This document shows, piece after piece, positions 59,935 to 64,000 of a stretch of 64,000 nucleotides of DNA. Within the stretch, counting starts at the first letter, position 1, and each line of letters opens with the position of its first letter. The stretch covers positions 105,202,219 through 105,266,218 of the forward strand of contig NC_058135.1 of the NCBI RefSeq assembly GCF_016433145.1. Direction: 5' to 3'. The translations under genes and the position numbers were made by a program. Source of the stretch: Gracilinanus agilis (taxonomy: Eukaryota). The notes under the pieces are model-generated. The model saw only the letters and a list, made by a program, of their open reading frames with translations. It ran no database searches and was not told the DNA's origin.

Positions 59935-60910
59935 GTACTTAGTATCTATATCTAGAATAAAATGGAAGCTCCTTAAGGGCAGGGATGATGTCACTTTTTT
60001 CATCTCTGTATTCCCAGGGCTTAGCAATGGCCCTTGCACATTGTAGGCAAATAAAATGCCTGAATGTTTCTCAAATTTAAGTGAACTGAATTAGGCTATC
60101 ATCTTTAAGGTAGCATTGGAGACTATAGGTCACCTCCTTCTGGATTTTCCTTCTTAGTCTGATTTCTGAAACATCACCCATTCCCCCTATCTTTTCTGTG
60201 GCTACTTTGCCAAATCCTTCTTCCTTCTCCCAGTCCTTTAAATAGGTTCCTCTACATTGTCCTCAGCCCTCTCTTCTTGGTTGGTCACTCTCTTCCTCTC
60301 ATTCACTTCAGCAATCACTCCTTTGCATGTAATTTTCACATTTTTATCTCCCACCTGGTATCTCTGTTGAGCTTTCTCACTGTGCCTCTCCAGCTACCTG
60401 TTGGCTTTGCCTCTCATCAGCAACTTAAATACAGTCTTCTCTAAAACTGAACTTCTTATATTTTCCCCAAAGACTACTTCTCCTTCTCTCTGTCTTCATA
60501 TTTATAGTAGGCAGTAATAGACATAATTCATTCTCTCAGTCTCTTATTTCTTTTGACTCCTCTTTTCTTCTTTCTTTCCATAAAGAACCAAGGCAGCTTA
60601 GCATAGTAATGGGTAAAGTGCTGAATCTGGAGTCAAGACTTGAAGATCTCAGATTCTACCTTGCTGTGTGATCCAGGACAAATCATTTAAATTCTCAATC
60701 TGTTTCCTCATCTCTAAAATTAGGATGATAAAGGATCTATTCCAGAGTTATTGAGGATTAAAAGAGTAATATACGTGAAGCCCTTTGCAAACACCTTAAA
60801 GAGCAATATAAATGTCATTATCATTTCAACATCTCTTTTCTGTTCCTTCTTCTCTTATTCAGCAGAGACTGCAAGGCCACTCATTCCCACTCATTTCAAC
60901 TATTGCAGTA
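59935..60910 (+). mobile_element. L2 fragments with a MIR insert (about 60590-60815)
   Basis: gaagctccttaagggcaggg 3' end, further pyrimidine-rich L2 pieces, and MIR core tctgtttcctcatctctaaaat. Confidence 0.6.
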
Positions 60911-60944
60911 TCAATCAGTACAACTAAAGTAGTCGTTGAAGTTT

Positions 60945-61160
60945 TAGCTTGAATTATATTCTTTTAAAAGAATTTTGTTGTTGTTATAGTGAAGTTAGGT
61001 CTTCCTCCTTTCCCTATTAGAGAAGTCATCATTCCACAAAAAGATAACATGAATATAAAAACAATGTCTTGCTTTTTTCTGTTGATCAGTTCTTTCTCTG
61101 GAGGAAGACATACACAAACCATTCATTTGACAATATGTCTATTGCTCTGTATAATGTTCT
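60945..61160 (-). mobile_element. Old L1 3'UTR fragment
   Basis: gatcagttctttctctggagg and attgctctgtataatgttct match the L1 3' region seen at 24900-25040 and 27980. Confidence 0.6.
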
Positions 61161-61189
61161 TTCAACAAGCAATTTATCGAACACTAGCT

Positions 61190-61746
61190 TGCTGAAGTCA
61201 TTTACCCCAATTCTATTCCCCTGATCCTCCCTTCTTTCTCTTAGCCAGTACCCATATTGTTTTGATGACTGCTGCTTTATAGTATAGTTTAATATCTGGT
61301 ACTGCTAGGCCCCCTTCCTTCACATTTTTTTTTCATTATTTCCCTTGATATTCTTGATCTTTTGTCCTTCCAGATGAACTTTGTTATATTTTTCTTCTAA
61401 TTCCATAAAAAAGTTTTTTGGTAGTTTGATAGGTATGGCACTGAATAAGTAAATTAATTTGGGTAGAATGGTCATCTTTATTATGTTAGCTCGTCCTACT
61501 CATGAGCAGTTAGTTTTTCCAATTATTTAGATCTAGTTTTAATTGTGTGACAAGTGTTTTGTAATTGTGTTCCTATAGTTCCTGTGTTTGTCTTGGCAGA
61601 CCGATTCCTAAATATTTTATATTGTCTAGAATGGTTTTAAATGGTGTTTCTCTTTCTAAATCTTGCTGCTGAGTTTTGTTGGAAATATATAGAAATGCTG
61701 ATGATTTATGTGAGTTTATCTTGTACCCTGCAACTTTGCTAAAGTT
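61190..61746 (-). mobile_element. Internal L1 ORF2 fragment (no 3'UTR, no poly-A)
   Basis: cttagccagtacc, ttccagatgaactttg, ggtatggcactgaataagta and taccctgcaactttgctaaagtt are typical mammalian L1 ORF2 reverse-strand sequence. Confidence 0.85.
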
Positions 61747-62231
61747 CAACAAGCATTACCTACTACTATGTGGCGGGCTTGTTCTATTAGCTACTTGCCT
61801 AACAAGTCTTCTCACTTGTCCTTCAGGTTACTCTTCCTTTATCATAGATCTGGGAAGGGCCATGTCATTTTAATGACCAGTTTAAATTGATTCTAATTAT
61901 CAGTTCAGTCCAAACTTTTAACTTAGAATTCAAGGCTACAAAATGGCACCAGCCTACCTTCCCAGCCTTTTCTCAGTTTTCCCTGCCAAAGGGTCCAGGA
62001 AACACTATGCTTTCCCCATGGCACCCTTAGGTGTTAAACTATCCTAGTTGATGACCCTCCTAATCTGGGACATGAAATCATATCATCACAACTGTTGGTT
62101 CCAGAAAGCTGTCTTCATTGCTTACCTTATTGTTCTAATCACTATTCCTATGATGTCTCAGACCAAAACACTTTCTCAGTCTACTCTCCCATATATAAGG
62201 GAGTCTCTTTCCCATTAGAAAGCAAACTCTT

Positions 62232-62401
62232 GGGGCTGCTAGATAGTGCAGTGGATAAAACACCAGGGCTGAAGTTTGGAGGACCTGGGTTCAAATTTGG
62301 CCTCAGACACCTCTAAAGGTGACTGTAGGCAAGTCATTTAACCCCAGTTGCCTAGTTCTTGCCACTTGACTTGATACTAAAACATTAGGTAAGGGTTTTA
62401 C
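62232..62401 (+). mobile_element. CORE-SINE inserted into an L2 3' end
   Basis: Perfect 13-bp TSD aaagcaaactctt at 62219-62231 and 62402-62414. Confidence 0.88.
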
Positions 62402-63444
62402 AAAGCAAACTCTTTAAGGACAGAGACTTGCTAGACAGAAGAAAGAGTTTATGATATGGTTTCCCACTGGGGGAAAAAAAATTAAAGCTCATGAGTTCGC
62501 CTTTTGTATTTGTGTCTTGTCAATAAGCACAGTACCAGATACCCAACTATCCAATGCTCAATGAATGTTTTTTCATTTATTAATTTACTCATCCATGCCT
62601 TTGGCCATACTTGTCCCTACTCCTGTCTAGAACTTCTTCACTCAAACACCTATTAAATTCTTCCTACTCATCTTTTGAAGCCCAATACTAGCTCCTTCAG
62701 AAAGTCTTTCCTATTTCCCTCCCCATCTCAGAGAAAATCTAGGTTTGCATCTTATGTATTATAGGTATGATGATTATTTGTAAAGGCACCATGTCTCCCT
62801 TTACTAATTCAAGGAAGTTGGGGACCTTACCAGGTTATTATGTTCTGCACACAGTAGGCACCAAATGTTTGTTGGATTTTTATTGAGTCTAAGTTCTATT
62901 ATATTAGGTTTGTCTTTGCTGATAAGACAGAGAAGAGCTTGAGGGGTGTCTTTTCACTGAAAGAAAGCCCCCCCCCCTTTCTAAGTTCTTTTGTGTTTTA
63001 TCTCTACTCAAAGGATGGATTGAGCAAGGTTCAGAGAGTTTGGATCTCACATCTCCATCCCTCTGCTCCCTGACTTCCTTGGACATCTTGGTATAAGCTC
63101 CCCCTTTCCCCCCATCTCTGCCTCTTCTGCACCCACACTACCTTCCCAAATAAGATTACTCTGCCAAGAAAGTCTCCCTTCTTCCTCTCAGTAATGCCCA
63201 CCAAGGAAAGGGGGTTAATATTTCATGGTCTCTGTATAGTTCTACCTGGTGACAGGCAAAATTGCAATTAGGATATAATGAAATGAGTGTGGATGGCCGG
63301 ATCATTCAGTGTCCAATTTGGCTTCCCCGTTTTATGGCCTCTTTTTTTGTTTTGCTTTTTAGCTCCCAGGCCTAACGTTCATTTGTTTCAGAATACGCAT
63401 TTCTGGCTGCTGCAGTGGGGACAGAACATCCAGACGGGGGCCCC

Positions 63445-63503
63445 CTGATTGGCTGTCAGTGAGTTACTATCCAGTTTCCCAGAGAAAATGTTTCCTGATT
63501 GGA
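63445..63503 (-). promoter_or_regulatory. Pair of CCAAT (NF-Y-type) boxes, putative
   Basis: CAGCCAATCAG (63445-63455) and TCCAATCAG (63495-63503) on the - strand, 50 bp apart, in repeat-free CpG-retaining DNA. Motif match only. Confidence 0.35.
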
Positions 63504-64000
63504 TTTCAGGCAGCCAGGTTCTTATCCTATCATATGTTTAATCTCTAATTCCATGTAGACAAATTATATTAAGGGGCTGGGGGAGGGCTAGCTCGAGTCT
63601 AAACCCCTGCTCACGTACAAATGATAACACGAGGAGGTTTTTCTCTCCCCATGATTACCCAAGGCTTGTTACTAGGAGACGCACATCACTTATCAGGTTT
63701 CACAAATGGCTGTGGCCACTGGTGCTTAGGCTGAGCCTTCTGCCCCTGGAAGTCTGCCCAAATCATGGAAAACTTTAGATGGGTTTTTAAAACTCTTTTG
63801 ATACACAAGAATTATTCCTAGCAGGCCGCTGATGCAGTGTCAGACAGGGAAAGAATACAGACAGGTGCTATTTGTTAAAACAGGGGCATCTTTTCTTTGG
63901 GGATGGAGGGAAACCTTCATTTAGTATTCATAGCCTTCTCAAGGACTGAACCTTTCTTTACCTTTGACATCTCTCTCTCTCCTCCCATTTTCATTAGGTC

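Noticed and set aside
55000-64000. Search for the final MARCH1 exon (VLEWPFWTKLVVVAIGF...)
   Set aside because: I did not find it in any frame; it presumably lies beyond 64000.

Overview
This is eukaryotic, marsupial DNA. It is AT-rich, strongly CpG-depleted and full of SINE1_Mdo-like and MAR1-like CORE-SINEs, which points to an opossum such as Monodelphis; the species call is an inference from repeat content. The window holds two + strand coding exons of MARCHF1 (MARCH1, RING-CH E3 ubiquitin ligase). The RING-CH exon is 1690-1870 and the first-transmembrane exon is 54802-54949, separated by a 52.9 kb intron. The upstream and final exons lie outside the window. The rest is intron, layered with old L2, L3/CR1, MIR and RTE fossils and younger L1 stubs, SINEs, hAT MITEs, a Tigger-like element and a probable solo LTR. 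There is one 285-N assembly gap. I found no CRISPR array, rRNA, tRNA gene or intact transposase/RT ORF, and no convincing new multi-gene system. The best leads are: a candidate unannotated MARCH1 exon overlapping paired CCAAT boxes near 63.4 kb; hAT MITEs carrying CTCF-like motifs, one split by an L1; an ORF1-plus-3'UTR half-L1-like fossil; a target site apparently used twice; and several unexplained unique islands. Repeat family names come from recall of consensus sequences, not a database search. Old-repeat boundaries are approximate (tens of bp).
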